A DNA stretch of 64,000 bases from Vicinamibacterales bacterium. Its GTDB lineage: Bacteria > Acidobacteriota > Vicinamibacteria > Vicinamibacterales > UBA823. The position numbers and the translations under genes are program-made. Where the stretch lies: NCBI GenBank assembly GCA_036012125.1, contig DASCOS010000002.1, forward strand, positions 108,327-172,326, written 5' to 3'. Positions 1-9,938 of the stretch are shown here, piece by piece (position 1 is the stretch's first letter; each line of letters begins with the position of its first letter). Below the pieces are notes generated by a model. That model did not search any database. It was given only the letters and a program-made list of their open reading frames with translations, and was not told where the DNA came from.

Positions 1-498
1 TTCAATCGCGAGGAGGAACTGGGTGATTGCTTCCTGATGGTTGCCTGCCTGCATTGCGTCAGAGCCTAACCCGAAGGACGATTCAAATTCCTCGCGGTTC
101 TCAATTATTGCCAGGTCTTCCTCGGAAAGTGCAGCGCTCGCTGCTGCAGCGGCTGCACCAATGTTAAGGTCGACTGTCAAGTTCTGACCTTCTCGGATCG
201 TGAACACGGCGGCTGCACTTCCCACGCCCTCTTTTTCAGCCGTTACTTCGTAGCTGTTCGCTCTGAGACCCATGATGCGATAGGTCCCGTCGTCGTTCGT
301 CTCGGCGTCTAAGACCATGCGTGGCACACCTTGGGTAATAGCTGTGACTGTGGCCCCTGCAATCCCAACTCCTTGGCTGTCTGTGACGCGGCCAACCAGT
401 ATTCCTGACGACTGGCCGAAGGCAGGGACTACCATGAAAGCCACAGCTGAAGCGGCGAGAATCACTTGGAATCGCAATAAACTCGATTTACAGAACAT
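1..498 (-). CDS. Secreted protein, N-terminal part only: signal peptide, carboxypeptidase-regulatory-like beta-sandwich, then the start of a TPR-like region. The 3' end lies outside the window.
   Basis: Hand translation of the minus strand from ATG at 498 gives MFCKSSLLRFQVILAASAVAFMVVPAFGQSSGILVGRVTDSQGVGIAGATVTAI...DDGTYRIMGLRANSYEVTAEKEG, which matches the CarboxypepD_reg-type pattern. The frame stays open to position 1. It is absent from the ORF track because it runs off the edge. Confidence 0.6.
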   Translation of the reverse strand, partial: MFCKSSLLRFQVILAASAVAFMVVPAFGQSSGILVGRVTDSQGVGIAGATVTAITQGVPRMVLDAETNDDGTYRIMGLRANSYEVTAEKEGVGSAAAVFTIREGQNLTVDLNIGAAAAAASAALSEEDLAIIENREEFESSFGLGSDAMQAGNHQEAITQFLLAIE

Positions 499-593
499 TT
501 GGGCACTCCTCCATCGACGGTATCACTGACAACCGCTCTCTAGTCTACATCGAACCTGCACGCTAATAGTGTCGCTAACCACACCTTGTCGCG

Positions 594-2573
594 TCAAGCC
601 ACTGGTCCTATGAATCGACCGACCTCTTCAACATCATGGGTTACGGGTGCGGGCGGAAGTGAGGCGAGAAACCGTTGTCCATAACCCTTGGTTCTGACCC
701 GAGGGTCAAGAATTGCCAGCACGCCTCTGTCCGACCGATGTCGAATTAGCCGTCCAAGACCCTGCTGGAGCGCCAGGATCGCTAGTGGCACTTGATAGTT
801 AGTGAATGGGTCTTCACCACGCACGACGAGTGCCTCCATGCGCGCCGCTGTGATCGGATCCCCCGGGGACACGAAGGGTAATTTATCAACGATGACACAG
901 CTGAGCGACTCGCCAACGACGTCTACGCCCTGCCAGAAACTGGATGTGCCAAGCAGGACAGCGTTTGCGGTCTGACGAAAGCGTCTCAGTAATGTTGACC
1001 GCGGAGCTGATCCCTGCACGAACAACGGAAAATCCAGTCCGGCTTCGGTGATGATGTCCCGAACGCCGTATAGATTAGCGTAGCTCGTAAACAGCACGAG
1101 TGCTCGTCCCTCCGTGCGTTTGATAATTTCGGTAATCTCGACGGCTGCAGCCTTGGTAAATCCAGATGTACGCGGGTCGGGCATCCGGCGGGGGAGGTAC
1201 AGGATAGCCTGATGCCCGAAGTCGAACTCCGAGGGCAACCGTAACTCGTAGGCTGGACCCACGCCTAGTCTCGTCCGAATGTAATCGAAGTTACTGTCCA
1301 CCGCCAACGTTGCGGAAGTCAGGATTTTGCCGTCCAACCGTTCCCAAATCGAGTCTCGGACCATGGTCGAAACATCGATTGGTGAGGCTCGAAGAAACAC
1401 ACCCCGATTCCTGATTTCTAGGAAAAATACGTGGGTTGGATCACTAGCTTGAAGCGTGAATCGCAGTTCATGGTCGACCTCATGGACGCGATGCTCGAGT
1501 GCACGAAAGTCTTCCGGTAGATCTGTCAAGAGCCCAAGTTCAGATTCCAGTGAGGATAAAGCGTCGAGGAGTGCGCGACCTAGATCCGCGAAAGGTTCGA
1601 ACGTAGCAGCATCAATTCGTGAACGAACTCCTGCCGGTTCACTCTTTGAGCCGCGCACGGCAGTGAAAAATGCGTCCGCACCGTCTCGAACCTGTCCTAA
1701 CGCGGCACGAACTGTGTCGGCGGGGACAGGATCTAATGGTAGACCGGCTTCCATGAGACGGAAGCCATCCTTAATCAAATCTTCAACACGAAACGTACTC
1801 ACCGAAATGCCAAAATATTGTGTGGCGACATCCTCAAGTTGATGTGCTTCGTCAACGACGGCAAATGAGTAATCGGGAATAACCTCACCGTATCCACTTT
1901 GCCGAACGGCGGCATCAGCGCAGAGCAAATGGTGGTTGACAATCACTATGTCTGATTCGATAGCACGCTGGCGCATCTGCGTGACAAAGCAGTCGTTGTA
2001 TTCTGGGCATTCGGTGCCGAGACAGTTCTCTTGTGTTGCTGAGACTTCACTCCAGAGCGGAAGGTCATCTGGAAGATCCTCGAGCTCCGCTCGATCACCG
2101 ATCTCAGTTTGTTGAGCCCATTCTTTCAACGTTGTGAGATATGCATGATCGGTGGTGGGCCGGGGCATGGGACTGTCACATGCAGCTTCAAAGCGATGCA
2201 GACACAGGTAATTGTTGCGCCCTTTCATATAGGTCGCCTTGAAGGGGATATTCAATGCTTCATGTAGAAGGGGAAGATCTTTAAAGTAGAGCTGTTCTTG
2301 GAGGTTCTTTGTACCGGTCGACACCAAGACACGGCGTCCACTCAGAAGGGCCGGGATGAGATAAGCCAGCGTTTTACCCGTACCTGTACCTGCTTCGGCA
2401 AGTAAAGCACCGCCGCTCTCGAATATATCCGCAACAGCTACCGCCATATTGCGTTGGCCGCTCCGGACTTCGAAAGCGTCAATGGTGCTAGCGAGAGCAC
2501 CGTCAGGATCGAACGCTTTTAGAACGCGTTCTCCTAGGGTTAAGCGTTCGGGTGAAGGGGGAACTCCCGACAC
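594..2573 (-). CDS. dinG: DinG/Rad3-family ATP-dependent DNA helicase (Fe-S type)
   Basis: 659-aa ORF. Walker A is AGTGTGKT and the DEAH box is [10 protein letters not shown]. Cys residues lie between them (CLHRFEAAC; [12 protein letters not shown]), typical of the XPD/DinG Fe-S domain. C-terminal helicase motifs are [10 protein letters not shown] and IVDKLPF. It overlaps glyA by 34 nt if ATG 2573 is the start. Confidence 0.85.
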   Translation of the reverse strand: MSGVPPSPERLTLGERVLKAFDPDGALASTIDAFEVRSGQRNMAVAVADIFESGGALLAEAGTGTGKTLAYLIPALLSGRRVLVSTGTKNLQEQLYFKDLPLLHEALNIPFKATYMKGRNNYLCLHRFEAACDSPMPRPTTDHAYLTTLKEWAQQTEIGDRAELEDLPDDLPLWSEVSATQENCLGTECPEYNDCFVTQMRQRAIESDIVIVNHHLLCADAAVRQSGYGEVIPDYSFAVVDEAHQLEDVATQYFGISVSTFRVEDLIKDGFRLMEAGLPLDPVPADTVRAALGQVRDGADAFFTAVRGSKSEPAGVRSRIDAATFEPFADLGRALLDALSSLESELGLLTDLPEDFRALEHRVHEVDHELRFTLQASDPTHVFFLEIRNRGVFLRASPIDVSTMVRDSIWERLDGKILTSATLAVDSNFDYIRTRLGVGPAYELRLPSEFDFGHQAILYLPRRMPDPRTSGFTKAAAVEITEIIKRTEGRALVLFTSYANLYGVRDIITEAGLDFPLFVQGSAPRSTLLRRFRQTANAVLLGTSSFWQGVDVVGESLSCVIVDKLPFVSPGDPITAARMEALVVRGEDPFTNYQVPLAILALQQGLGRLIRHRSDRGVLAILDPRVRTKGYGQRFLASLPPAPVTHDVEEVGRFIGPVA

Positions 2574-3802
2574 AACTTTTGCACCTCAGCACGTACTGTC
2601 CCAGTGACTGATGTGTCACCCGGCCTAGCCAGCACGCGGCCAATCAACTCTCCGATCGTGTTCATTTCTGATTCACCCATTCCTCGAGTGGTTACAGCCG
2701 AGGTTCCGATGCGGATACCACTAGCAACGAAAGGTGGCTTCTTATCGAATGGAATGGCGTTCTTGTTGACCGTTATTCCTGCCACTTCCAAGGCTTCTTC
2801 CGCCTGCCGACCTGTAAGGCCACGCGCTAGTACGTCGACGAGGATGAGGTGGGTGTCTGTGCCGTCGCTAACAAGCCTGAAGCCGTGTCGAATTAGTGCT
2901 TCAGTTAAATGCTTTGCGTTTGTGATGACCTGGCGTTGATAGGCCACGAATGAAGGCTCGCTTGCTTCCCTCATGCAGACGGCCTTACCTGCGATGACGT
3001 GCATCAATGGCCCACCCTGAACGCCTGGGAAAACGGCCCTGTCGATCTCTTTCGCGAGGGACTTTCGGCAGAGGATTACGCCGCCGCGAGGACCCCGCAG
3101 CGTCTTGTGCGTGGTCATAGTTACCACGTCAGCGTGAGGCACCGGCGACGGATGTAGCCCAGCTGCTACGAGACCAGCGATGTGGGCCATATCCACGATG
3201 ACTCGTGCGTCTATGGCAGCGCCAATCGCCGCGATATGTCCGAAGTCGATCTCTCTCGGATAAGCGCTAGCCCCGGCAATGATAACCTTCGGGCGATGTT
3301 GGCTAGCAAGGTCTGCCATGGCATCGTAATCGATCCGTTCGTTATCGCTCCGGACTCCATAGGAAATAAAGTTGTAAAGCTTGCCAGAAAAACTTAGTGG
3401 GTGGCCGTGTGTTAGGTGCCCGCCGTGGGCCAGGTTCATGCCCAGAACCGTATCGCCAGGTTTGAGCAGGGTGAAATAGGCGGCCATATTGGCCTGTGCC
3501 CCGGAGTGTGGCTGGACATTTGCGTGCTCCGCACCGAAAAGTTTCCTTGTTCTGGTGATCGCTAGGGACTCGATCTCATCGTAAAACTCGCAGCCACCGT
3601 AATAACGCCGGCCTGGATATCCCTCAGCATACTTATTGGTCAGAATGGAACCCGTTACCTCCATTACCGCCCTACTGACGAAGTTTTCTGAGGCGATTAA
3701 TTCCAGACCTTCGTTCTGGCGACGGCGTTCTCGTGACAAAGTTTCCGCGATAGCCGGATCGACGGAGACCAGTGTACGGAGGCGAGAAGTTTGGTCGACC
3801 AT
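2540..3802 (-). CDS. glyA: Serine hydroxymethyltransferase
   Basis: 420 aa. Motifs LIASENF and [13 protein letters not shown], plus the PLP-lysine motif [12 protein letters not shown]. Confidence 0.97.
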   Translation of the reverse strand: MVDQTSRLRTLVSVDPAIAETLSRERRRQNEGLELIASENFVSRAVMEVTGSILTNKYAEGYPGRRYYGGCEFYDEIESLAITRTRKLFGAEHANVQPHSGAQANMAAYFTLLKPGDTVLGMNLAHGGHLTHGHPLSFSGKLYNFISYGVRSDNERIDYDAMADLASQHRPKVIIAGASAYPREIDFGHIAAIGAAIDARVIVDMAHIAGLVAAGLHPSPVPHADVVTMTTHKTLRGPRGGVILCRKSLAKEIDRAVFPGVQGGPLMHVIAGKAVCMREASEPSFVAYQRQVITNAKHLTEALIRHGFRLVSDGTDTHLILVDVLARGLTGRQAEEALEVAGITVNKNAIPFDKKPPFVASGIRIGTSAVTTRGMGESEMNTIGELIGRVLARPGDTSVTGTVRAEVQKLCREFPLHPNA

Positions 3803-3839
3803 GGTTTAGAGTCGACGGCAGACAGCGCGTGAAGCGGTG

Positions 3840-4289
3840 TCAGACGTCGCGCCGACGCTCGAGTTCAGCAATCTTGGCAATGCGTCGTTCGTGCCGACCC
3901 CCCAAAAACGATGTATTGAGAAAGACTTGTACGATCTTGAGAGCTATTGGGGTCGTTGTGACCATTGCCCCTAGCGCAAGGACATTCACGTCGTTATGTT
4001 CCCGACTCAGTTGCGCCGATTTAATATCGAGTACGTTAGCAGCCCGCACACCAGCGATCTTATTCGCGGCCATCGCCATACCGACACCGCTTCCGCAAAT
4101 GAGTATTCCTCGGTCGTGGGTTCCCGTCGCGACAGCCTTTGATACCGGCCAGGCAAAATCTGGGTAGTCGACCGCTTTATCTGATTTAGTACCGAAATCT
4201 GTCACTGTGAACCGCAGTTCTGCCAGTACCCGCTTGACTTCGTTTTTCAACGACACGCCAGCATGATCCGCACCGAGCGCAATCTTCAC
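3840..4289 (-). CDS. rpiB: Ribose-5-phosphate isomerase B (RpiB/LacA family)
   Basis: 149 aa. MKIALGADHAG and GILICGSGVGMAMAANK are typical RpiB motifs. GTG start. Confidence 0.9.
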   Translation of the reverse strand: MKIALGADHAGVSLKNEVKRVLAELRFTVTDFGTKSDKAVDYPDFAWPVSKAVATGTHDRGILICGSGVGMAMAANKIAGVRAANVLDIKSAQLSREHNDVNVLALGAMVTTTPIALKIVQVFLNTSFLGGRHERRIAKIAELERRRDV

Positions 4290-4536
4290 AACAGGATTGT
4301 ACTATAAGCGTTGGCAGACGCTGGATAGGACTATCTTTCGAGCTCTGGCAGTTTGTATTACCTGAAAGCACGTGAACTGTTGTTATCAGCAAGCTAGGGG
4401 CAGTTCGCGATCATGCGATTGGGCGCGACCTTTCGGAATCCGCTGGGTAGCGTAAAAAGGCTGCGTGGTATAGTGCCGCTCAGGTTAAGCACAAGCTGTG
4501 TCGTGAACCCGGGTTGTCCTGGTGGAAGCTTGCAAA

Positions 4537-5085
4537 CTAACGTTGTTCCGCGATGGGGACGATCTGAATTATTGTGCTGTAGTGACTCGGTTGTCCCTCT
4601 GGCGACGAGTTCGGGTAACCGGCCGCGCCGTTCCAGGTGTAGTCCTTGATCGTTACGCTCGGCGGAAACGCCATTGTGTCTCGATTAAATTGTCCTAGTT
4701 CGAACATGTGGACCGGCGGTTCCCTAAATACTCGATCACCACGCCTATCTAGAACCGCCGAATAGTAGTCGACCATGTTCTGGAAACTGGCGTTTGTGCC
4801 GAATAGGTAATACCGCTGGCCGCGACGCGCGTCGTAGGACACCAGATATTGAGCATTTGGATAGACCGGCACTCCCAGCGTATCTTCACTTGGCGCCTCT
4901 AGGGTTGTTTGAGATGGCCGGTGCTCGACTTCAGCGGACCGGGAGAGCGGCGACTTGACTTTGTGAAGGGGTTCAGTCGGATTATGGGATGACTTTGGCC
5001 CAGGCTGCGCAATTACTGATGTAGCAATACTCACCAACAGAAAAAACAGAATGATTCCAGTAAATGGTGAGATCGGTCGCAACAT
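4537..5085 (-). CDS. Hypothetical secreted protein
   Basis: 182-aa ORF with an N-terminal hydrophobic signal-like segment (GIILFFLLVSIATSVIAQ). I recognise no family. Confidence 0.45.
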   Translation of the reverse strand: MLRPISPFTGIILFFLLVSIATSVIAQPGPKSSHNPTEPLHKVKSPLSRSAEVEHRPSQTTLEAPSEDTLGVPVYPNAQYLVSYDARRGQRYYLFGTNASFQNMVDYYSAVLDRRGDRVFREPPVHMFELGQFNRDTMAFPPSVTIKDYTWNGAAGYPNSSPEGQPSHYSTIIQIVPIAEQR

Positions 5086-5117
5086 CCTCTTACTATTATC
5101 GAGATGTCGAGACGTAG

Positions 5118-6293
5118 GTGCAAGGAGAGAGGACCAGACAACCTGTGAGACACGACCGAATTCGTGAATACGAAGCCTTTTGTGAACGCCATAGTGACTG
5201 GGCGATCACCATGGTGGAAGCGCTCGTAAGAAGGGAATCACCGACGACGGATAAGGTGGCTGTGGACCGGTGTGGGGTTGCTCTAGCTGAGTACCTAAAT
5301 GATATCGGGGCCCATGTCACGGTACTTCCTCAGGACAGCGCGGGAGACCATCTATTTGCTGAACTCGGCGATGGTCCGACCCAGGTCCTCTTACTCGGAC
5401 ATTTCGATACGGTGTGGCCGCTGGGGCAATTGGAACGCATGCCGTTGCAGCGGAAGGGGCATCGATTGTTTGGTCCGGGTACCTTCGACATGAAAGGTGG
5501 AATTGCTATCGGCGTGTTAGCGGCACGGGCTGTGCTTGAAGTTGGGATGACCCAGGCCGCGCGTGTTGCGATGCTGTGGACTTCTGACGAGGAGACAGGA
5601 AGCGCGACTTCGCAGCAGGTGATTCTGCAACAGGGAGAGCGCAGCAAAGCAGTGCTTGTTCTTGAGCCCTCAGGACCAAGCGGAGCCGTTAAAACAAGTC
5701 GCAAGGGCTGCGGGCAGTTTGAGTTGACTGTGACTGGAGTTTCGGCGCATGCAGGCATCGAACCTGACCGGGGTGCCAGCGCAGTGCACGAGCTCGCACG
5801 ACAAATCGTCTCTCTGGAATCGCTACAGGATGTTGAGTCTGGCGTAACAATCAATGTCGGTCGGGTATACGGAGGAACACGTCCAAATGTTGTTGCCGAC
5901 AAAGCGCAAGCTATGGTCGATGTCCGGGTCCGTACCGTGGCTGACGCTGACAGGATTGAGCGAGCATTCGCTGGTCTCACGACTGACGACCCACGCACTC
6001 AACTACAGGTGAACGGAGAGTTCCGACCGCCGTTAGAGCGCAATGCGGCAGTGCGCCGATTGTATGAAGTTGCGAAACAGGTAGCATCCGACCTTGGTCG
6101 AGACTTGACGGAGTTTAGTACCGGTGGTGGGTCGGACGGTAACCTAACCTCGGCGCGGGGTATACCTACATTGGATGGATTAGGTGCTGTTGGAGAGGGA
6201 GCCCATGCACTGCACGAGCAGATTGACATTTCAGCCTTGCCGTGGCGGGCCGCAATGCTCGCCGGTGTGATCGCCCGTGTGGTCGAGGAATAA
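5118..6293 (+). CDS. M20-family metallopeptidase (carboxypeptidase G2 / glutamate carboxypeptidase-like)
   Basis: 391 aa. Metal and catalytic motifs LLLGHFDTV, GPGTFDMKGG and TSDEETGS. The dimerisation-domain layout is typical of M20. GTG start in the track, so the true start is uncertain. Confidence 0.8.
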   Translation: MQGERTRQPVRHDRIREYEAFCERHSDWAITMVEALVRRESPTTDKVAVDRCGVALAEYLNDIGAHVTVLPQDSAGDHLFAELGDGPTQVLLLGHFDTVWPLGQLERMPLQRKGHRLFGPGTFDMKGGIAIGVLAARAVLEVGMTQAARVAMLWTSDEETGSATSQQVILQQGERSKAVLVLEPSGPSGAVKTSRKGCGQFELTVTGVSAHAGIEPDRGASAVHELARQIVSLESLQDVESGVTINVGRVYGGTRPNVVADKAQAMVDVRVRTVADADRIERAFAGLTTDDPRTQLQVNGEFRPPLERNAAVRRLYEVAKQVASDLGRDLTEFSTGGGSDGNLTSARGIPTLDGLGAVGEGAHALHEQIDISALPWRAAMLAGVIARVVEE

Positions 6294-6374
6294 ATGATGA
6301 TGGCTCTGCCAAGAACTCATTTCCAAGGTTTACTTCATCCCGAGTGGCCTCGGTTATGAGCTTCTTTCGTGCCG

Positions 6375-7346
6375 TTATTCGCGGTCACACGCCTGACGCC
6401 AATAATCTAGTAGGTCAGAAAGGGTTTGGTTGAGAGGAATTTGTGGAGTCCAATCGAGCTCAGAGCGAATCCGTTTTGAGTCGCCCAAGAGTATCGGAGT
6501 GTCGTTGGGACGGAACTTGGAGGGATCCACTTGGACCGTTACCTTTACCTGAGCGAGAGCGACAATGTTATCCAGTACCTCTCTTATCGAATAGCCGTGG
6601 CCTGAACAGACGTTGTAGATTCTTCCTGAAACACCGTGATTGGCAAGCATTCTATAGGCGCGGACGACGTCACGTACGTCTGTCAGGTCTCGGACGGCGT
6701 CGAGATTGCCAGTGTGAATAATCGGTTCTACTTGGCCTTTTTCGATTCTTGCAATCCGCCGCGCAAAGCCGGAAGCAGCAAAGGACGGTGATTGGCGAGG
6801 TCCATGATGATTAAACGAGCGAGTTAGGATAGTCGCGTAACTGCCTTCCTCAGCAAGCCTAATGCTCAGTTGCTCTTGAGCGAGCTTACTCACGGCATAA
6901 GGGCTGGACGGCCCCAATGGGGCTTCCTCAGAGAGGGCTAAGCTGGACGGTCGGTAGACGAGTGCTGAACCAGGAATTACGATTCTTGTTTTAAGTTGTG
7001 AGCGCCGGACAGCTTCGAGTAGGAAATGGGTTCCTCGAACGTTTGTGGCAAGGGTGTTTGCGGTCTGTTCCCAGGATGACCCGACATGAGCAGCCCCCGC
7101 ACAGTGAAAAATGACATCCGGCTGACTTTCCTCAACCGTTTTACTAACCGCCCTAGCGTTAAGTAAGTCGACTGGCAGCCACCGGACTAGGCTGGATTGG
7201 GCGCGTTGTCTATTCGGTTCGGTTCCTGGTCTGTGCCAACCGTCAACTGGAAGGCCCTCGTTGCCCAGTAAGTCAACAAGATGGCTTCCAACGAAACCTG
7301 CTGCACCAGTGACCAGTGCCCGAGGTCGGTTGTCCTCAGCTTTAAT
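6375..7346 (-). CDS. NAD-dependent epimerase/dehydratase (extended SDR), probably an NDP-4-keto-6-deoxyhexose reductase. The start proposed here is ATT.
   Basis: The track ORF (6375..6917, TTG start) covers only the C-terminal half (YAVSKLAQE carries the YxxxK catalytic motif). My hand translation shows the same frame open upstream to about 7430. That stretch encodes an intact Rossmann N-terminus (ALVTGAAGFVGSHLVDLL ... VIFHCAGAAHV) with no in-frame ATG, GTG or TTG. ATT at 7346-7344 lies 10 nt after AGGAG (7361-7357). Confidence 0.65.
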   Translation of the reverse strand: MKAEDNRPRALVTGAAGFVGSHLVDLLGNEGLPVDGWHRPGTEPNRQRAQSSLVRWLPVDLLNARAVSKTVEESQPDVIFHCAGAAHVGSSWEQTANTLATNVRGTHFLLEAVRRSQLKTRIVIPGSALVYRPSSLALSEEAPLGPSSPYAVSKLAQEQLSIRLAEEGSYATILTRSFNHHGPRQSPSFAASGFARRIARIEKGQVEPIIHTGNLDAVRDLTDVRDVVRAYRMLANHGVSGRIYNVCSGHGYSIREVLDNIVALAQVKVTVQVDPSKFRPNDTPILLGDSKRIRSELDWTPQIPLNQTLSDLLDYWRQACDRE

Positions 7347-7353
7347 GGCTGTA

Positions 7354-8349
7354 CTACTCCTGATAGTAGGTTCTGAATACGGGAATGTTTTCCTTAACTG
7401 GTCGCCACCATGACTCGTTTTCCTGATACCACATCACGGTATCGGTTAGTCCCTGAACGAAGTTGACCATTGGCTGCCATCCGAGCTTCCGCAACTTCAT
7501 GGTGTCAAGGCAGTACCGGTGGTCATGACCAGGACGGTCATCGACACGCTGAATCAGCGAATCCGGCTTGTTTAGCAGTCGAAGGAGTTCTCGGGTCAAT
7601 TCGATATTAGTAATTTCGTGACCACCACCAACGTTGTAAACCTCGCCAGGTTCGCCATCCGCTATTAGAAGGTCGAGTGCGCGACAATGGTCATCAACAT
7701 GCAGCCAGTCGCGAACGTTTAGGCCGTCGCCGTAGAGTGGTACGGTGCGGTCATCGATGGCGTTTGTGATGAATAAAGGTATTACCTTTTCTGGAAACTG
7801 GTTCGGGCCATAGTTATTTGACGCGCGCGCGATGACGATTGGTGTGTTGTGCGTTGCCCAGAAGCTATAAGCGAGACGGTCGGCACCAGCCTTGCTGGCT
7901 GAGTACGGATTGCTTGGTCGAATCTCATCGGTTTCTCGGCTGGCGCCCTCCGAGACACTACCGTAGACCTCGTCAGTCGACACTTGGATAAAACGTCGAA
8001 GTTTCTCAGCGTTACGGGCGGCTTCCAGTAAAACAAAGGTTCCGTAGACGTCAGTCATAATGAAGTCGCTAGCGTTCACAATTGACCGGTCAACATGGGT
8101 CTCTGCGGCAAGGTGCAGAACAATCTCGGCTTGCTCGACCAGCGGCTTCACGATTATCGGGTCTGTAACGTCACCCTGGATGAAGGTGTGTCGGGGATTG
8201 TCCTTGACCGACTGAAGATTCTCGAGCCGACCTGCATAGGTCAGCTTATCGAGTGTAGTGATCCGCCAATCAGGGTGAGCATCTAGCGCGAACTTGACGA
8301 AGTTACTGCCGATGAAACCTGCGCCACCCGTGACGAGAACCTCAACCAT
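7354..8349 (-). CDS. rfbB: dTDP-glucose 4,6-dehydratase
   Basis: 331 aa. Motifs VLVTGGAGFIGSNF and STDEVYG, the YSASKA (YxxxK) motif, and PGHDHRY near the C-terminus are typical RmlB. Confidence 0.95.
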   Translation of the reverse strand: MVEVLVTGGAGFIGSNFVKFALDAHPDWRITTLDKLTYAGRLENLQSVKDNPRHTFIQGDVTDPIIVKPLVEQAEIVLHLAAETHVDRSIVNASDFIMTDVYGTFVLLEAARNAEKLRRFIQVSTDEVYGSVSEGASRETDEIRPSNPYSASKAGADRLAYSFWATHNTPIVIARASNNYGPNQFPEKVIPLFITNAIDDRTVPLYGDGLNVRDWLHVDDHCRALDLLIADGEPGEVYNVGGGHEITNIELTRELLRLLNKPDSLIQRVDDRPGHDHRYCLDTMKLRKLGWQPMVNFVQGLTDTVMWYQENESWWRPVKENIPVFRTYYQE

Positions 8350-8842
8350 CGACTCTTGACCAGTCGTAGGGAAGCTTACCGTGGGGGTCTAACCGGTATT
8401 CATCGGGTTCCGAGTACTGATAGGCCTCGTTCGCAATATTGGCAACCAGTGAAGGTTCCGTTCCGATGCATTTCCATCCGTGATAGACGAGCGCTGGTAC
8501 CTGCACTAGCATCGGATTCTTTGAGCCAATGAAGAATTCGTTCACTGTCCCTTCGGTTGCTGAGCCGGACCGAGTATCGATTAGGACGAGTTTCACCATG
8601 CCTGAGATACAGGCAAAACTATCGATCTGCTTTTTGTGATAGTGCCAAGCTTTGACGACGCCTGGGTAGGTTGCTGACACGTACACTTGGCCAAACTTTG
8701 TGAAGAGTTCTGTATCGTCGGATCGCAGGATTTCCATCAACCAACCTCGCTCATCAGCGATGAGACGCAATGATTTGGTCTTGACTCCCTCGATTCTTGT
8801 GACTGTTCCAGTTGCAGTGTAGGCTTCGGGATCTTTCGTCAT
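8342..8842 (-). CDS. RmlC-like cupin, probable NDP-4-keto-6-deoxy-sugar epimerase/isomerase
   Basis: 166 aa. DERGWLMEI...AWHYHKKQ...LVLID matches the short cupin-type dTDP-4-dehydrorhamnose 3,5-epimerase-like pattern. It lies between the rfbA-like gene and rfbB and overlaps rfbB by 8 nt. Confidence 0.6.
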   Translation of the reverse strand: MTKDPEAYTATGTVTRIEGVKTKSLRLIADERGWLMEILRSDDTELFTKFGQVYVSATYPGVVKAWHYHKKQIDSFACISGMVKLVLIDTRSGSATEGTVNEFFIGSKNPMLVQVPALVYHGWKCIGTEPSLVANIANEAYQYSEPDEYRLDPHGKLPYDWSRVDG

Positions 8843-8870
8843 AGGGTCATGATCCTCCGTTGGCGGTCTA

Positions 8871-9938
8871 TCATGGTATCCCGACCTCTGAGTTGTCTCC
8901 CAGCATGAATCGATACGTCGACGGCGTTCCTGGATCGCGCAAAATCTTCACATTCTTACCGATCAGGCTATCGGTCATCCGGCTTTGAAGCCCGCTGAGG
9001 TCACTGCCTTCCAAAACTATACTGTGTTCAATTGCTGAGTCATGGACTCTTACATTGTTCATGATCGAGGTAAATGGTCCAATGTCGGCACTCGTGATCC
9101 TTGCATCTGCACCAATAATTGCTGGCCCTCGAACCTTAGACTGTTTGATCGATGCACCTGGCTCAACGACCACGTTCCCGTCAATTTGGGAGTCAGTGTC
9201 GACCTCACCGTCGATCCTTCGCTCCATAGTTTCTAGGATTAGTCTATTGGCTTCGAGTATGTCTTCTAGTTTGCCGGTGTCCTTCCACCATCCGTCGACG
9301 ATATGCGGTGTCACCGTTAGACCATTATCAATGAGCTGTTGAATAGCGTCGGTTATTTCCAACTCATTACGCGGACTAGGTGAGATGTTCCGAACAGCCT
9401 GAAATACCTCAGGTTGGAACATGTAAACGCCGACCAGAGCTAAGTCACTCTTAGGTTTCGCCGGTTTCTCGACAAGCTTTTTCACACGGCCATCTTCTGC
9501 AAGCTCTGCAACGCCGAACCTTTCTGGGTCCGATACGCGCGCAAGCAGGATCTGAGCGGCCGGTTGTGCGTCAACAAAACGTTCAACGAAAGGTACGATG
9601 CCCTTTGCTAGGAGATTGTCTCCAAGGTAGACAATGAATGGATCGTCGCCAATGAAGGATTGGCTAATGAGTACGGCATGTGCCAGACCACGTGGCGCGT
9701 CCTGTTCGATATAGGTGACGTCAATATTCCAGGCAGCGCCGTCACCGACGGCTGCGCGTATTTCCGCCTGAGTATCGCCGACGACAATTCCGATATCACG
9801 GATCCCTGCGGCAGCCAGTGCTTCGATGCCGTAAAACAACACCGGCTTGTTCGCGACGGGAACTAGCTGTTTAGCGCTGGTGTAGGTCAGGGGGCGCAAG
9901 CGAGTGCCTCGTCCCCCGCTTAGAATCAATCCTTTCAT
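8871..9938 (-). CDS. rfbA: Glucose-1-phosphate thymidylyltransferase, long form with a C-terminal left-handed beta-helix
   Basis: 355 aa. The N-terminus MKGLILSGGRGTRLRPLTYTSAKQLVPVANKP is a sugar-nucleotidyltransferase motif. The C-terminal hexapeptide-like repeats are typical of the about 355-aa RmlA class. Its ATG overlaps the lptD stop (ATGA). Confidence 0.85.
   Translation of the reverse strand: MKGLILSGGRGTRLRPLTYTSAKQLVPVANKPVLFYGIEALAAAGIRDIGIVVGDTQAEIRAAVGDGAAWNIDVTYIEQDAPRGLAHAVLISQSFIGDDPFIVYLGDNLLAKGIVPFVERFVDAQPAAQILLARVSDPERFGVAELAEDGRVKKLVEKPAKPKSDLALVGVYMFQPEVFQAVRNISPSPRNELEITDAIQQLIDNGLTVTPHIVDGWWKDTGKLEDILEANRLILETMERRIDGEVDTDSQIDGNVVVEPGASIKQSKVRGPAIIGADARITSADIGPFTSIMNNVRVHDSAIEHSIVLEGSDLSGLQSRMTDSLIGKNVKILRDPGTPSTYRFMLGDNSEVGIP

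Noticed and set aside
4290-4536. A 247-nt gap between rpiB and the upstream hypothetical gene. I checked it for SRP (4.5S) or 6S RNA because of CCTGGTGGAAGC- and CCCGGG-containing segments.
   Set aside because: The conserved SRP helix-8 motifs (GGAAG..AGCAGC paired with a GCCGGG-type strand) are not present. I could not draw a convincing long hairpin, so it is most simply a terminator/promoter spacer. A covariance-model scan would settle it.
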